Below, in pieces: positions 43,800-54,315 of a stretch of 64,000 bases of DNA (its first letter is position 1; every line of letters starts with the position of its first letter). This stretch comes from Escherichia coli (GTDB lineage Bacteria; Pseudomonadota; Gammaproteobacteria; Enterobacterales; Enterobacteriaceae), in the NCBI RefSeq assembly GCF_029227855.1, contig NZ_CP074356.1, one strand, 5' to 3'. A program made the translations under genes and the position numbers. The notes below the pieces were generated by a model. The model searched no databases. It was given only the letters and a program-made list of their open reading frames with translations, and had not been told where the DNA came from.

Positions 43800-45164
43800 T
43801 CAAATTACCGCCCATACGCACCAGGTAATTAAGAATCCGGTAAAACCGAGAATGGTCGTTAACACTGTCCAGGTTTTCAGACCGTCTGCTACCGACAACC
43901 CCAGATATTTGGTCACAATCCAGAACCCTGAGTCATTAATATGTGACGCGCCAAGCCCACCAAAGCAGGCTGCCAGCGTCACCAATACGCACTGAATCGG
44001 ATTCAATCCCATCACCGCTTCTGAGAGTAACCCGCCGGTTGTCAGGATTGCTACGGTTGCTGACCCCTGCGATGCACGCAGCGCCAGTGAAATAATAAAT
44101 GCGGCTGGTAACAGAGGCAGGTCAATCATTTGTAGCATGTTGGCAAGGGCTTTGCCGACGCCCGATTCCACCAGCACTTTGCCAAATACCCCTCCAGCAC
44201 CAGTAACCAAAATCACTACCGCCGCGGTGGGAAGGGCTGAGCCCATAATGTCGCTGGTGTGTTGTAAGCTCCAGCCGCGACGTAAAGCCAATAACCAGAA
44301 TGCCAGCACCAGCGCAATCATTAGAGCTACCATTGGTGAGCCGATCAGCTGTAGCGTACCAAGCAGGGGATGCGAAGGCGGCATCAGTGTTGCGGAAACC
44401 GTACCCGCCATGATAATCGCGATAGGAATAACAATTAGCGAGGTGACCAGCGCGACGCCCGGTGGATTTATTTTATCGCTTAATTTTGTCGCGCCTTCCT
44501 CACTGGCCGGAGCCAGTTGCATCTGTTCCAGTACTTCCACCGACATCGCATATTGGCACTTATTGATTATTTTCGCTGCAAAGTAGCCAACAATCCCTAC
44601 GGGAATAGAAATCGCAATACCGATGATGGTTAGCCAGCCGATGTCTGCGTGGAGTAACCCCGCTGCGGCGACAGGGCCTGGATGCGGCGGTACCGCCACA
44701 TGAACAGTTAGCATGATTCCAGCGACAGGCAGGCCAAATTTGAGTGGCGATATTTTGGCAACCTTGGCAAAACCGTAAATGATTGGCGCAAGAATAATAA
44801 AGCCGACATCAAAGAAGACGGGAATACCGAGGAAGAACGCTGCCAGAGTCAGCGCAGCGATAGTTCGTTTGTCACCTAACTTGCGACTGAAATAATTAGC
44901 CAGTGACTCTGCACCACCAGAGTGTTCGATCATACGCCCCAGCATAGCGCCCAGACCAATAATAATAGTGACGGAACCAAGCACACCGCCCATCCCGGCG
45001 ATCATCACTTTACCCACTTCGCCCGCCGGTATACCCGCCGCAAGTGCGACTAACAGGCTGACGAGGAGCAGAGCAACGAATGGTTGTACCTTTGCCTTGA
45101 TGACCAGCAGCAACAGCATGATTACGCCAGTTAACGCAATGCATAACAATGTAATTGTGGACAT
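43800..45164 (-). CDS. ygbN: GntP-family permease
   Basis: 454-aa polytopic membrane ORF MSTITLLCIALTGVIMLLLLVIKAKVQPFVALLLVSLLVALAAG... Confidence 0.85.
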   Translation of the reverse strand: MSTITLLCIALTGVIMLLLLVIKAKVQPFVALLLVSLLVALAAGIPAGEVGKVMIAGMGGVLGSVTIIIGLGAMLGRMIEHSGGAESLANYFSRKLGDKRTIAALTLAAFFLGIPVFFDVGFIILAPIIYGFAKVAKISPLKFGLPVAGIMLTVHVAVPPHPGPVAAAGLLHADIGWLTIIGIAISIPVGIVGYFAAKIINKCQYAMSVEVLEQMQLAPASEEGATKLSDKINPPGVALVTSLIVIPIAIIMAGTVSATLMPPSHPLLGTLQLIGSPMVALMIALVLAFWLLALRRGWSLQHTSDIMGSALPTAAVVILVTGAGGVFGKVLVESGVGKALANMLQMIDLPLLPAAFIISLALRASQGSATVAILTTGGLLSEAVMGLNPIQCVLVTLAACFGGLGASHINDSGFWIVTKYLGLSVADGLKTWTVLTTILGFTGFLITWCVWAVI

Positions 45165-45252
45165 GGGAAACCCTGTCTGAAAGTTATAGTTAACCTACCC
45201 CATCCGTAGATGGGGGGATGTATGGGTACGTTGTAATTAGGGATTTAACGAA

Positions 45253-46029
45253 TTAGCGCCAGGCGTCAAACCAGCCAAGCCCTTCTTCGGTGAGGCCACG
45301 AGGTTTATATTCACAACCGATCCAGCCCTGATATCCCACCTCATCGAACAGGCGGAACAGCCACGGATAGTTGATTTCTCCATCGTCCGGTTCATGTCGA
45401 TCAGGTAGTCCGGCAATTTGTACGTGCGCATATTTCCCGGCGTAGTCGCGGATTAAATGCGTCAGGTTGCCATCTACTTTTTGCGCATGAAAAGTATCTA
45501 GTTGAATAAACACGTTATCTCGCGCAACTTCTTCAACAATAGCCAGTGCCTGATACTGGCTGGAGAAGAGATAATGAGGCTTAACGCCGGGGCTGAGTGC
45601 TTCAACTAATATTCGCTTGCCGTGTGGCGCAAAGCGGTCGGCAGCGTAGCGGAGATTATCGATAAATACTGCCCTGTACCGTTCAGCATCTTCGCCAGCG
45701 GGCACGACGCCTGCCATCACATGGACTTGTTCACAATTGAGCGCCAATGCATATTCCAGTGCCAGGTCGATGTCTGCGTGTGCTTCGTGCTCACGTCCGG
45801 GAAGGGCGGATAATCCCCATTCCCCCGCATTAATATCTCCGGGAGCGGTATTGAACAGCGCCAGTGTCAGATGGTTTTGCTCCAGTTGCTTTTGGATTTG
45901 CAGGGTGGAGTAGTCATAGGGAAACAGAAATTCCACAGCATCGAACCCGGCTTTTCGCGCTGCGGCGAAGCGTTCAATAAAAGGCACTTCGGTGAACATC
46001 ATGGATAAATTAGCTGCAAAACGAGGCAT
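45253..46029 (-). CDS. ygbM: Hydroxypyruvate-isomerase-like (2-oxo-tetronate isomerase type) TIM-barrel protein
   Basis: 258-aa [43 protein letters not shown]... Confidence 0.85.
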   Translation of the reverse strand: MPRFAANLSMMFTEVPFIERFAAARKAGFDAVEFLFPYDYSTLQIQKQLEQNHLTLALFNTAPGDINAGEWGLSALPGREHEAHADIDLALEYALALNCEQVHVMAGVVPAGEDAERYRAVFIDNLRYAADRFAPHGKRILVEALSPGVKPHYLFSSQYQALAIVEEVARDNVFIQLDTFHAQKVDGNLTHLIRDYAGKYAHVQIAGLPDRHEPDDGEINYPWLFRLFDEVGYQGWIGCEYKPRGLTEEGLGWFDAWR

Positions 46030-46033
46030 TGCA

Positions 46034-46672
46034 TTAACTCCTTAATTCCGCAATTTCACCTGCGGTCAGATAACGGATCGGGCGGTCACCGAGAATAAAA
46101 ATCAGCTTTGCCGTTTCCTCCAGCTCTTCCATATTGTTGGCGGCTTCTTGCAGGCTTTCACCGCAAACCACTGGGCCATGATTTGCCAGTAAAAAAGCCT
46201 GATTGTCTGCTGCCAGTTCCGCCAGATCCTGTGCGATGCGTTTATCGCCCGGTCGGTAATAAGGCACCAGCGGGACATTTCCCATCCGCATCACCACGTA
46301 TGGTGTGAACGGACGAATAACGTTGCTGCTGTCCAGCCCTTGCAGGCAGGAAAGCGCCGTCGACCATGTGCTGTGCAAATGCACCACCGCTTTACAGCGC
46401 GGATTGTTGCGATACAGCGCCAGATGAAAGAGCACCTCTTTCGAGGGTTTGTCACCACTTAACCATTCGCCATCCGCGGCGACTTTGGAAAGCCGCTGCG
46501 GATCGAGATTGCCCAGGCATGAACCTGTCGGTGTCGCCAGTAAATTCCCGTCAGGTAAAAGCAGCGACAAATTGCCAGCCGAACCGGTTGCATAGCCGCG
46601 CTGAAAGAATGAACTGGCAATCCGCGTCATCTCCTCTCGCAAAGACTGCTCTACTTTTGCGAAATCGCTCAT
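46034..46672 (-). CDS. ygbL: Class II aldolase/adducin-family protein (3-oxo-tetronate 4-phosphate decarboxylase type)
   Basis: 212-aa [45 protein letters not shown]... Confidence 0.85.
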   Translation of the reverse strand: MSDFAKVEQSLREEMTRIASSFFQRGYATGSAGNLSLLLPDGNLLATPTGSCLGNLDPQRLSKVAADGEWLSGDKPSKEVLFHLALYRNNPRCKAVVHLHSTWSTALSCLQGLDSSNVIRPFTPYVVMRMGNVPLVPYYRPGDKRIAQDLAELAADNQAFLLANHGPVVCGESLQEAANNMEELEETAKLIFILGDRPIRYLTAGEIAELRS

Positions 46673-47931
46673 GATAAAAACTCTCTTTGGGCTCGTGAAA
46701 AAAAGGCTTCATCACCGAAGTTGCCAGATTTAAGGGCGAGTGAGACAGGTTTATCCAGTGCGTTTACCCACGGCACGCCGGGAGAAATGGTTGGGCCAAT
46801 ATGAAACCCTTTTATTCCCAGGCTCTGTGTGACTACGCCGGAGGTCTCACCGCCTGCGACAATAAAGCGTGTCACGCCTTCCGCTGCTAACCGCGCCGCT
46901 AGTTGAGAAAACAGTGTTTCTACTGCCTGACTGGCTTTATGTGCACCGTATTGCTGTTGAATTGCTGCCAATGCGTCAGTGCTGGCAGTGGCAAAAACCA
47001 GTGGAGCAAGTACACTTTCCTGGCCCAGAACCCACTCTGCCAGTTCGTGTGCATAAGCGGCCAGAGTTTCAATTGAGAGGCAGCGTGCCACATCAACTTC
47101 ACGGGCTGGTGCAATTTGACGGTAATGTGCTACCTGGCAGTTGGTCATTTGAGAGCATGAACCGGAGAGCACTACGCCGCGCCCAGCGAGCGGATGCCCT
47201 GCTTTGCGAGCCTGGTTACCGTTTTCTTGCGCCCACTGCCGGGCAAGGCCAATCGCCAGACCAGAACCGCCCGTTACCAGTGGGGTATCGCGCAAGGCTT
47301 CTCCCTGAATTTCCAGATGGTGTTCGGTCAGCGCATCAAGCACCGCGTAGCGGTAGCCCTCTTGCTGTAAGCGAGCCAGCTCTTGACGAACGGCATCCAC
47401 ACCTTGTTCGAAAACATGTGCCGAAACGACGCCGCAGCGCCCTGTGGATTGCGCTTCAACCAGACGGGGAAGATAGCTGTCGGTCATGGGATTTACCGGG
47501 TGATGGCGCATCCCGGATTCGGCCAGCAGTTGATTCATTACGAACAAATACCCCTGATAAACCGTACGTCCGTTGACCGGCAGGGCCGGAGAGAAGACCG
47601 TAAACGGCGTGTCGAGAGCATCCATTAATGCATCGGTAACCGGGCCGATATTACCTTTCGCCGAACTGTCGAAAGTAGAGCAGTATTTGAAATAGATCTG
47701 TTTGCAACCTTGCTGTTGCAACCAGCTCAGTGCCGCCAGCGATTGCTGTGTGGCTTCAACCACCGGACAGGAACGCGTTTTCAGGCTGATCACCAGTGCG
47801 TCGATTGCTTCCGGCATTTTACCTGTTGGAACACCGTTAATTTGTACCGTTGGTAGACCGTTTTCCACCAGAAAACTGGCGATATCCGTCGCGCCGGTAA
47901 AATCATCGGCGATAACGCCAATCTTGATCAT
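46669..47931 (-). CDS. ygbK: DUF1537-family four-carbon acid sugar kinase
   Basis: 420-aa ORF MIKIGVIADDFTGATDIASFLVENGLPTVQINGVP... Confidence 0.85.
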   Translation of the reverse strand: MIKIGVIADDFTGATDIASFLVENGLPTVQINGVPTGKMPEAIDALVISLKTRSCPVVEATQQSLAALSWLQQQGCKQIYFKYCSTFDSSAKGNIGPVTDALMDALDTPFTVFSPALPVNGRTVYQGYLFVMNQLLAESGMRHHPVNPMTDSYLPRLVEAQSTGRCGVVSAHVFEQGVDAVRQELARLQQEGYRYAVLDALTEHHLEIQGEALRDTPLVTGGSGLAIGLARQWAQENGNQARKAGHPLAGRGVVLSGSCSQMTNCQVAHYRQIAPAREVDVARCLSIETLAAYAHELAEWVLGQESVLAPLVFATASTDALAAIQQQYGAHKASQAVETLFSQLAARLAAEGVTRFIVAGGETSGVVTQSLGIKGFHIGPTISPGVPWVNALDKPVSLALKSGNFGDEAFFSRAQREFLS

Positions 47932-48836
47932 GATTTCGCTCCCGGTAGAGTGATGCCAGAGAAAATCTTGATAACTGCGCTATCGTCTTCTTTCCCGTAA
48001 CCCGCGTTACTGGCGCTGGTGAACATATTCAATGCTGTTGAGGCCAATGGCAGCGGGAAGTGCAGGGCTTTGGCTGTATCGGCAACCAGACCAAGATCCT
48101 TAACAAAAATATCGACGGCTGAATGCGGGGTGTAATCGCCATCCACCACATGACGCATCCGGTTTTCGAACATCCAGGAATTTCCGGCGGCATTGGTCAC
48201 GACGTCATACATCACATCCAGCGGGATCCCCGCACGGGCTGCAAGTGCCATCGCTTCGGCTCCGGCAGCAATATGTACGCCCGCTAACAACTGGTGAATA
48301 ATTTTTACGGTCGAACCTAGTCCCGGTTCTGCACCTATGCGATAAACTTTTCCGGCAACGGCTTCCAGCACGGGTGCCAGTCGTTCAAAGGCAATATCGC
48401 TACCGGAGGCCATGACAGTCATTTCACCGTTAGCGGCTTTTACTGCACCACCAGAAACTGGCGCATCCAGCATTTCCAGATCGAATCCAGCCAGAGCGGT
48501 AGCAATTTCTTGCGCATCAGCACTAGCGATAGTGGAAGAAACCATTACTGCCGTACCGGGTTTCAGATGTTGTGCAACGCCTGTTTCACCAAACAGCACC
48601 TGTTTAACCTGGGCCGCATTGACCACCAGCACCAGCAGAGCGTCCAGTTTTTCGGCAAACGTCGCGGCGTTATCAGAAACCCCGCAAGCACCTGCCTCTT
48701 TCAACGTAGCGCAGGCATTGCTGTTCAGGTCTGCGCCCCAGGTAGAAAGACCTGCGCGGACACATGACAGTGCTGCTCCCATTCCCATTGACCCTAAGCC
48801 AACGATACCGACATGAAACTCAGATCCCGTTTTCAT
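47928..48836 (-). CDS. ygbJ: 3-hydroxyisobutyrate-dehydrogenase-like NAD-dependent dehydrogenase (L-threonate dehydrogenase type)
   Basis: 302-aa ORF MKTGSEFHVGIVGLGSMGMGAALSCVRAGL... with Rossmann GxGxxG. Confidence 0.85.
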   Translation of the reverse strand: MKTGSEFHVGIVGLGSMGMGAALSCVRAGLSTWGADLNSNACATLKEAGACGVSDNAATFAEKLDALLVLVVNAAQVKQVLFGETGVAQHLKPGTAVMVSSTIASADAQEIATALAGFDLEMLDAPVSGGAVKAANGEMTVMASGSDIAFERLAPVLEAVAGKVYRIGAEPGLGSTVKIIHQLLAGVHIAAGAEAMALAARAGIPLDVMYDVVTNAAGNSWMFENRMRHVVDGDYTPHSAVDIFVKDLGLVADTAKALHFPLPLASTALNMFTSASNAGYGKEDDSAVIKIFSGITLPGAKS

Positions 48837-49031
48837 CTGCTCTCCTTGTTAATTTAAGTGATATTTTGTTTGATATTGTGAATATAGGCGCTGGAAGATA
48901 ACGATATGGTGAGCTGATTCACAAAAATTAACATTGTGTGTTATTTTATGTGAACTAAGCGTTAGTTGCGCCGCGCACGTTTCGCAGGCAAATAGCGTAG
49001 AATGTCAGCAGGACAAAGGAAGGAGCAAAAG

Positions 49032-49799
49032 TTGATACCCGTAGAGCGTCGCCAAATCATCCTTGAGATGGTAGCTGAAAAAGGCATTGTCAGTATTGCT
49101 GAACTAACGGACAGAATGAATGTGTCACATATGACCATTCGTCGGGATTTACAAAAACTGGAGCAGCAGGGAGCCGTTGTGCTGGTGTCCGGAGGCGTCC
49201 AGTCTCCGGGACGCGTGGCGCATGAACCTTCTCATCAGGTAAAAACTGCGCTGGCAATGACGCAAAAAGCGGCTATTGGCAAGCTGGCGGCAAGTCTTGT
49301 TCAGCCGGGAAGTTGTATCTATCTGGATGCGGGAACGACCACGCTAGCGATAGCACAGCATCTGATTCACATGGAGTCACTGACTGTGGTCACAAACGAT
49401 TTCGTTATTGCGGACTACTTGCTCGACAACAGTAATTGCACAATTATTCACACTGGCGGTGCAGTGTGTCGGGAAAACCGTTCCTGTGTCGGGGAAGCCG
49501 CTGCGACCATGCTGCGCAGCCTGATGATTGATCAGGCTTTTATTTCTGCATCGTCATGGAGTGTGCGGGGGATTTCTACGCCAGCGGAAGATAAAGTCAC
49601 GGTGAAACGGGCGATTGCCAGTGCCAGCCGCCAGCGAGTTTTGGTCTGTGATGCGACGAAATATGGTCAGGTGGCGACATGGCTGGCGTTACCATTAAGC
49701 GAGTTTGATCAGATTATTACAGACGACGGTTTGCCGGAGAGTGCCAGTCGCGCGCTGGCGAAGCAGGATCTCTCTTTGCTGGTAGCGAAAAATGAATAA
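49032..49799 (+). CDS. ygbI: DeoR-family transcriptional regulator
   Basis: Track ORF 49002-49799; start placed at TTG after AGGAGCAAAAG RBS (MIPVERRQIILEMVAEKGIVSIAELTDRMNVSHMTIRRDLQKLEQ..., 255 aa); the ATG at 49002 is an alternative. Confidence 0.8.
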   Translation: MIPVERRQIILEMVAEKGIVSIAELTDRMNVSHMTIRRDLQKLEQQGAVVLVSGGVQSPGRVAHEPSHQVKTALAMTQKAAIGKLAASLVQPGSCIYLDAGTTTLAIAQHLIHMESLTVVTNDFVIADYLLDNSNCTIIHTGGAVCRENRSCVGEAAATMLRSLMIDQAFISASSWSVRGISTPAEDKVTVKRAIASASRQRVLVCDATKYGQVATWLALPLSEFDQIITDDGLPESASRALAKQDLSLLVAKNE

Positions 49800-49849
49800 T
49801 GGCCTGCAATAACACCGGGTTACTCATGCTTCACAGAAGAAGCATGAGA

Positions 49850-50506
49850 CTACTTTATTTTATAAAATGACAGCCGCCCGCTTTTCGGCGATCCGGTATC
49901 AATATAAATCTGGTTTGCGAATGTCTGAATGTTATCAAACATCATATGTCCAAATATAAAATAATCAGCGCCGTTTATTTGTTGTAACTCGCCATTAAGC
50001 GATTTCTGCACACGATCAACAGGCCAGAGTAGTTCTCTCTCCGCTATTTCTTTGCCAAAGAGATATTCATTCCCCGGATAATCTGCATGTGCGATGACAT
50101 ATTTTATTATGTCGTTAGTGATTTCAATAATATGTGGAAGGCGATGAAATTTCAGCAACAGATTTATTGCTTCTTGTTGTTCCGTCTCATTTAATTCAAA
50201 GAACCAGTCGCCGCCGCTGGCAAGCCACATATTTCCATCGCCAGTTTCGAATGCATCAAGCGCCATCGCTTCATGGTTGCCTTTAACCGATGTAAACCAG
50301 GGCTGGTTTAACAGGCGTAGTACGTTAAGACTCTCCGGCCCACGATCAATATTATCGCCGACAGAAATAAGTAAGTCGGTTTCAGGGAAAAAAGAGAGTT
50401 GATGTAAGCGGGATTGTAATAATTGATAGTCACCATGAATATCACCAACGGCCCATATATAACGATAGTGATGGGCATTAATTTTTTGATAGCGTGTAGA
50501 TGGCAT
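49850..50506 (-). CDS. pphB: Serine/threonine protein phosphatase 2
   Basis: 218-aa ORF MPSTRYQKINAHHYRYIWAVGDIHGDYQLLQSRLHQLSF...; calcineurin-like metallophosphatase motifs (GDIHG, GDNIDRG). Confidence 0.85.
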   Translation of the reverse strand: MPSTRYQKINAHHYRYIWAVGDIHGDYQLLQSRLHQLSFFPETDLLISVGDNIDRGPESLNVLRLLNQPWFTSVKGNHEAMALDAFETGDGNMWLASGGDWFFELNETEQQEAINLLLKFHRLPHIIEITNDIIKYVIAHADYPGNEYLFGKEIAERELLWPVDRVQKSLNGELQQINGADYFIFGHMMFDNIQTFANQIYIDTGSPKSGRLSFYKIK

Positions 50507-50611
50507 GGTTTTACCCTGTAAAATAAGATTTCCTATTATACAGGGTGTTTTTATTTGATTCGTCAGTTGTCGTTAATATTCCCGATAGCAAAAGACTATC
50601 GGGAATTGTTA

Positions 50612-53173
50612 TTACACCAGACTCTTCAAGCGATAAATCCACTCCAGCGCCTGACGCGGAGTCAGTGAATCCGGGTCGAGGTTTTCCAGTGCCTCGACCG
50701 CAGGCGAAGTTTCTTCTGGTACGGACAGCAAAGACATCTGCGTGCCATCTACCTGCGTCGCGGCGGCATTCGGCGAAATGCTCTCCAGCTCACGCAGTTT
50801 CTGCCGCGCGCGTTTGATCACCTCTTTTGGCACGCCCGCAAGGGCTGCAACCGCCAGGCCGTAGCTTTTGCTCGCCGCGCCATCCTGCACGCTGTGCATA
50901 AAGGCAATGGTGTCGCCGTGCTCCAGTGCATCGAGATGCACGTTGGCGACGCCTTCCATTTTCTCCGGTAACTGGGTCAGCTCGAAATAGTGGGTGGCAA
51001 ACAACGTCAACGCTTTAATCTTATTCGCCAGATTTTCCGCGCACGCCCACGCCAGCGACAGACCATCGTAAGTGGACGTCCCGCGCCCAATCTCATCCAT
51101 CAGTACCAGACTGTACTCGGTGGCGTTATGTAAAATATTGGCGGTTTCGGTCATTTCCACCATAAAGGTTGAACGCCCGGATGCCAGATCATCCGCTGCC
51201 CCTACGCGGGTAAAGATGCGATCGATAGGTCCAATCTCGACTTTTTGTGCCGGTACATAGCTGCCGATGTAGGCCATCAGCGCAATCAGTGCGGTCTGGC
51301 GCATATAGGTACTTTTACCGCCCATATTCGGACCGGTAATGATCAACATGCGACGCTGCGGCGACAGGTTCAGCGGGTTGGCGATAAACGGCTCATTCAG
51401 CACCTGTTCAACCACCGGATGGCGGCCTTCGGTGATGCGAATACCCGGTTTATCAATAAAGGTCGGGCAGGTGTAGTTCAGGGTATAGGCCCGTTCCGCC
51501 AGGTTCACCAGCACGTCGAGTTCCGCCAGTGCGCTCGCGCTCTGTTGCAACGCTTCCAGATGCGGCAACAGCAGGTCGAACAGCTCTTCATAAAGCTGTT
51601 TTTCCAGTGCCAGTGCTTTGCCTTTTGAAGTGAGAACTTTGTCTTCGTACTCTTTTAGCTCTGGAATAATGTAGCGCTCGGCGTTTTTCAGCGTCTGGCG
51701 ACGCATGTAATTGATGGGTGCCAGATGGCTTTGTCCACGGCTGATCTGAATGTAATAACCATGAACCGCGTTAAAGCCGACTTTCAGGGTGTCCAGGCCA
51801 GTACGTTCACGCTCGCGGACTTCCAGACGCTCCAGATAATCGGTCGCGCCGTCAGCCAGCGCGCGCCACTCATCCAGCTCTTCGTTATAGCCCGGTGCGA
51901 TAACACCACCGTCGCGTACCAGCACCGGCGGTGTGTCGATGATTGCTCGCTCCAGCAGATCGCGCAGCTCGGCAAACTCGCCCATTTTTTCACGCAGCGC
52001 CTGTACCGGAGCGCTATCGACATTTTCTAACTGCGCGCGCAGCTCCGGCAGTTGCTGGAAAGCGTGACGCATACGGGCCAGATCGCGTGGGCGAGCAGTT
52101 CGTAAAGCCAGACGCGCCAGAATACGTTCCAGGTCGCCGACCTGACGCAGTACCGGCTGCAGCTCGGCGGTGAAATCCTGCAATGCGCCAATAGTTTGCT
52201 GGCGCTCAAGCAAGACGCGGGTATCGCGCACTGGCATATGCAGCCAGCGTTTCAGCATACGGCTGCCCATCGGCGTGACGGTGCAGTCGAGCACAGAAGC
52301 CAGCGTATTTTCCGCACCACCCGCCAGGTTCTGGGTGATTTCCAGATTACGACGCGTCGCGGCATCCATAATGATGCTGTCCTGCTCACGTTCCATGGTG
52401 ATGGAACGAATATGCGGCAGAGTCGTACGTTGGGTATCTTTCGCATACTGCAACAGACAACCGGCAGCACAAAGTCCGCGCGGCGCGTTCTCGACGCCAA
52501 AACCGACCAGATCGCGGGTGCCAAATTGCAGATTCAACTGCTGGCGCGCGGTGTCGATTTCAAACTCCCACAGCGGGCGACGGCGCAGGCCGCGACGGCC
52601 TTCAATTAACGACATTTCAGCAAAATCTTCTGCATACAGCAGTTCCGCAGGATTAGTGCGTTGCAGTTCTGCCGCCATCGTTTCCCGGTCAGCCGGTTCG
52701 CTCAGGCGAAAACGACCGGAGCTGATATCCAGCGTCGCGTAGCCGAAACCTTTGCTGTCCTGCCAGATAGCCGCCAGCAGGTTGTCCTGACGCTCCTGCA
52801 ACAGGGCTTCATCGCTGATGGTGCCTGGCGTAACGATACGCACAACTTTGCGCTCAACCGGACCTTTGCTGGTCGCCGGATCGCCAATTTGTTCGCAGAT
52901 GGCAACGGACTCGCCCTGATTCACCAGTTTGGCGAGGTAGTTTTCCACCGCATGGTAGGGAATCCCCGCCATCGGGATCGGCTCTCCCGCCGAAGCACCG
53001 CGTTTGGTCAGTGAAATATCCAGCAGTTGCGATGCGCGTTTTGCGTCGTCATAAAACAGTTCATAAAAATCACCCATCCGGTAAAACAGCAGGATCTCGG
53101 GATGCTGGGCTTTCAGCTTGAGATATTGCTGCATCATGGGCGTATGGGCATCGAAATTTTCTATTGCACTCAT
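50612..53173 (-). CDS. mutS: DNA mismatch repair protein MutS
   Basis: 853-aa [47 protein letters not shown]...; Walker [10 protein letters not shown]. Confidence 0.95.
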   Translation of the reverse strand: MSAIENFDAHTPMMQQYLKLKAQHPEILLFYRMGDFYELFYDDAKRASQLLDISLTKRGASAGEPIPMAGIPYHAVENYLAKLVNQGESVAICEQIGDPATSKGPVERKVVRIVTPGTISDEALLQERQDNLLAAIWQDSKGFGYATLDISSGRFRLSEPADRETMAAELQRTNPAELLYAEDFAEMSLIEGRRGLRRRPLWEFEIDTARQQLNLQFGTRDLVGFGVENAPRGLCAAGCLLQYAKDTQRTTLPHIRSITMEREQDSIIMDAATRRNLEITQNLAGGAENTLASVLDCTVTPMGSRMLKRWLHMPVRDTRVLLERQQTIGALQDFTAELQPVLRQVGDLERILARLALRTARPRDLARMRHAFQQLPELRAQLENVDSAPVQALREKMGEFAELRDLLERAIIDTPPVLVRDGGVIAPGYNEELDEWRALADGATDYLERLEVRERERTGLDTLKVGFNAVHGYYIQISRGQSHLAPINYMRRQTLKNAERYIIPELKEYEDKVLTSKGKALALEKQLYEELFDLLLPHLEALQQSASALAELDVLVNLAERAYTLNYTCPTFIDKPGIRITEGRHPVVEQVLNEPFIANPLNLSPQRRMLIITGPNMGGKSTYMRQTALIALMAYIGSYVPAQKVEIGPIDRIFTRVGAADDLASGRSTFMVEMTETANILHNATEYSLVLMDEIGRGTSTYDGLSLAWACAENLANKIKALTLFATHYFELTQLPEKMEGVANVHLDALEHGDTIAFMHSVQDGAASKSYGLAVAALAGVPKEVIKRARQKLRELESISPNAAATQVDGTQMSLLSVPEETSPAVEALENLDPDSLTPRQALEWIYRLKSLV

Positions 53174-53459
53174 GGGGTTATGTCCGGTTCCCTGATATTA
53201 AATGGGGTGTGATGGTTTTTATTTTCGTTGTAATCACATAAGGCGCACATGATACCGGAGTTAATCATTTCAGGGGAAGAAGCGAACGGCGAGTTCTTGA
53301 GGGTGATTCCGGGAAAGATGCTGTTTTGCAGCTTTTGCGTGATGATTATGAAGCAAGTACGCAAAATTGCGTCGGTTGAATAAACCTCCTCCTTCAGAGC
53401 CATAGTCCCCTTTCAAATTAAGTTGTAATATAAATACACCTTAAGAGTATGGAGGCAGC

Positions 53460-53804
53460 ATGTCCGGCAAGCGTATCTCTCGTGAAAAACTGACGATTAA
53501 AAAAATGATCGATCTTTATCAAGCGAAATGCCCGCAGGCGTCAGCGGAGCCGGAGCATTACGACGCGCTGTTTGCCTACGCGCAAAAGCGGCTGGATAAA
53601 TGTGTGTTCGGCGAAGAGAAACCAGCCTGTAAGCAGTGTCCGGTGCACTGTTACCAGCCTGCAAAGCGTGAAGAGATGAAACAGATTATGCGTTGGGCCG
53701 GGCCGCGAATGCTGTGGCGTCATCCGATCTTAACCGTGCGTCATCTCATCGATGACAAGCGTCCGGTGCCGGAGTTGCCAGAAAAATATCGTCCAAAGAA
53801 ATAA
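53460..53804 (+). CDS. ygbA: Nitrous-oxide-stimulated-promoter family protein
   Basis: 114-aa ORF MSGKRISREKLTIKKMIDLYQAKCPQASAEPEHYDALFAYAQKRLDKCVFGEEKPACKQCPVHCY...; K-12 synteny next to mutS. Confidence 0.8.
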   Translation: MSGKRISREKLTIKKMIDLYQAKCPQASAEPEHYDALFAYAQKRLDKCVFGEEKPACKQCPVHCYQPAKREEMKQIMRWAGPRMLWRHPILTVRHLIDDKRPVPELPEKYRPKK

Positions 53805-53842
53805 ATCTGCCGGAGAGCCATACTCTCCGGCAAATAAGGCGT

Positions 53843-54271
53843 TTACGCTTTGGTGGCAATCAGGATGGCTGATGCTTTGATCAATGCAATAACGCGCGAG
53901 CCAGTGGTGAGTTTCATTTCATCCTGACTTTCATTTGTTACCACTGCCACAATTTCAAAACCCGCATCCGTTTTGATATGGACAGTGGCGTTCACTGCGC
54001 CTTCGGTGATTGTCGACACGCTGCCAGCAAACTGGTTGCGAGCAGAGAATTTCAGTCCACAGTCTTCCGTTGCCAGCGTTACCCACGGGGCTTTAATCAG
54101 GGCAATCGCTTCTTTCCCTTTCGCCAGACCCAGAGCCTGCTGGCTGCTGTGAGTCACAATTGCCACCAGCTTTGCACCACCTGCCAGCGTCAGTTCTACT
54201 TCGTCATTCACCGCGCCCATTGCTACTGCGCTAACTGTTCCGGTTAATTGATTTCTTGCTGAAACTGCCAT
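53843..54271 (-). CDS. Tandem TOBE/Mop-domain protein (molbindin-like)
   Basis: Track ORF 53843-54310; start placed at the ATG following an AAGGAGG RBS (MAVSARNQLTGTVSAVAMGAVNDEVELTLAGG..., 142 aa); two repeats of the SARNQ...G.V Mop signature; 45 bp downstream of the fhlA stop, same strand. Confidence 0.7.
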   Translation of the reverse strand: MAVSARNQLTGTVSAVAMGAVNDEVELTLAGGAKLVAIVTHSSQQALGLAKGKEAIALIKAPWVTLATEDCGLKFSARNQFAGSVSTITEGAVNATVHIKTDAGFEIVAVVTNESQDEMKLTTGSRVIALIKASAILIATKA

Positions 54272-54315
54272 ACTGCCTCCTTTCATTGAATGTTGATCGA
54301 GTATAACCACATCTG

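Noticed and set aside
52170-52742. ORF 52170-52742 (+), 190 aa, and neighbours within mutS
   Set aside because: Antisense to mutS; Ser/Arg-rich low-complexity translation.
53170-53403. ORF 53170-53403 (-), 77 aa, in the mutS-ygbA intergenic region
   Set aside because: Sits in the divergent promoter region, has no RBS, and its translation is not protein-like.
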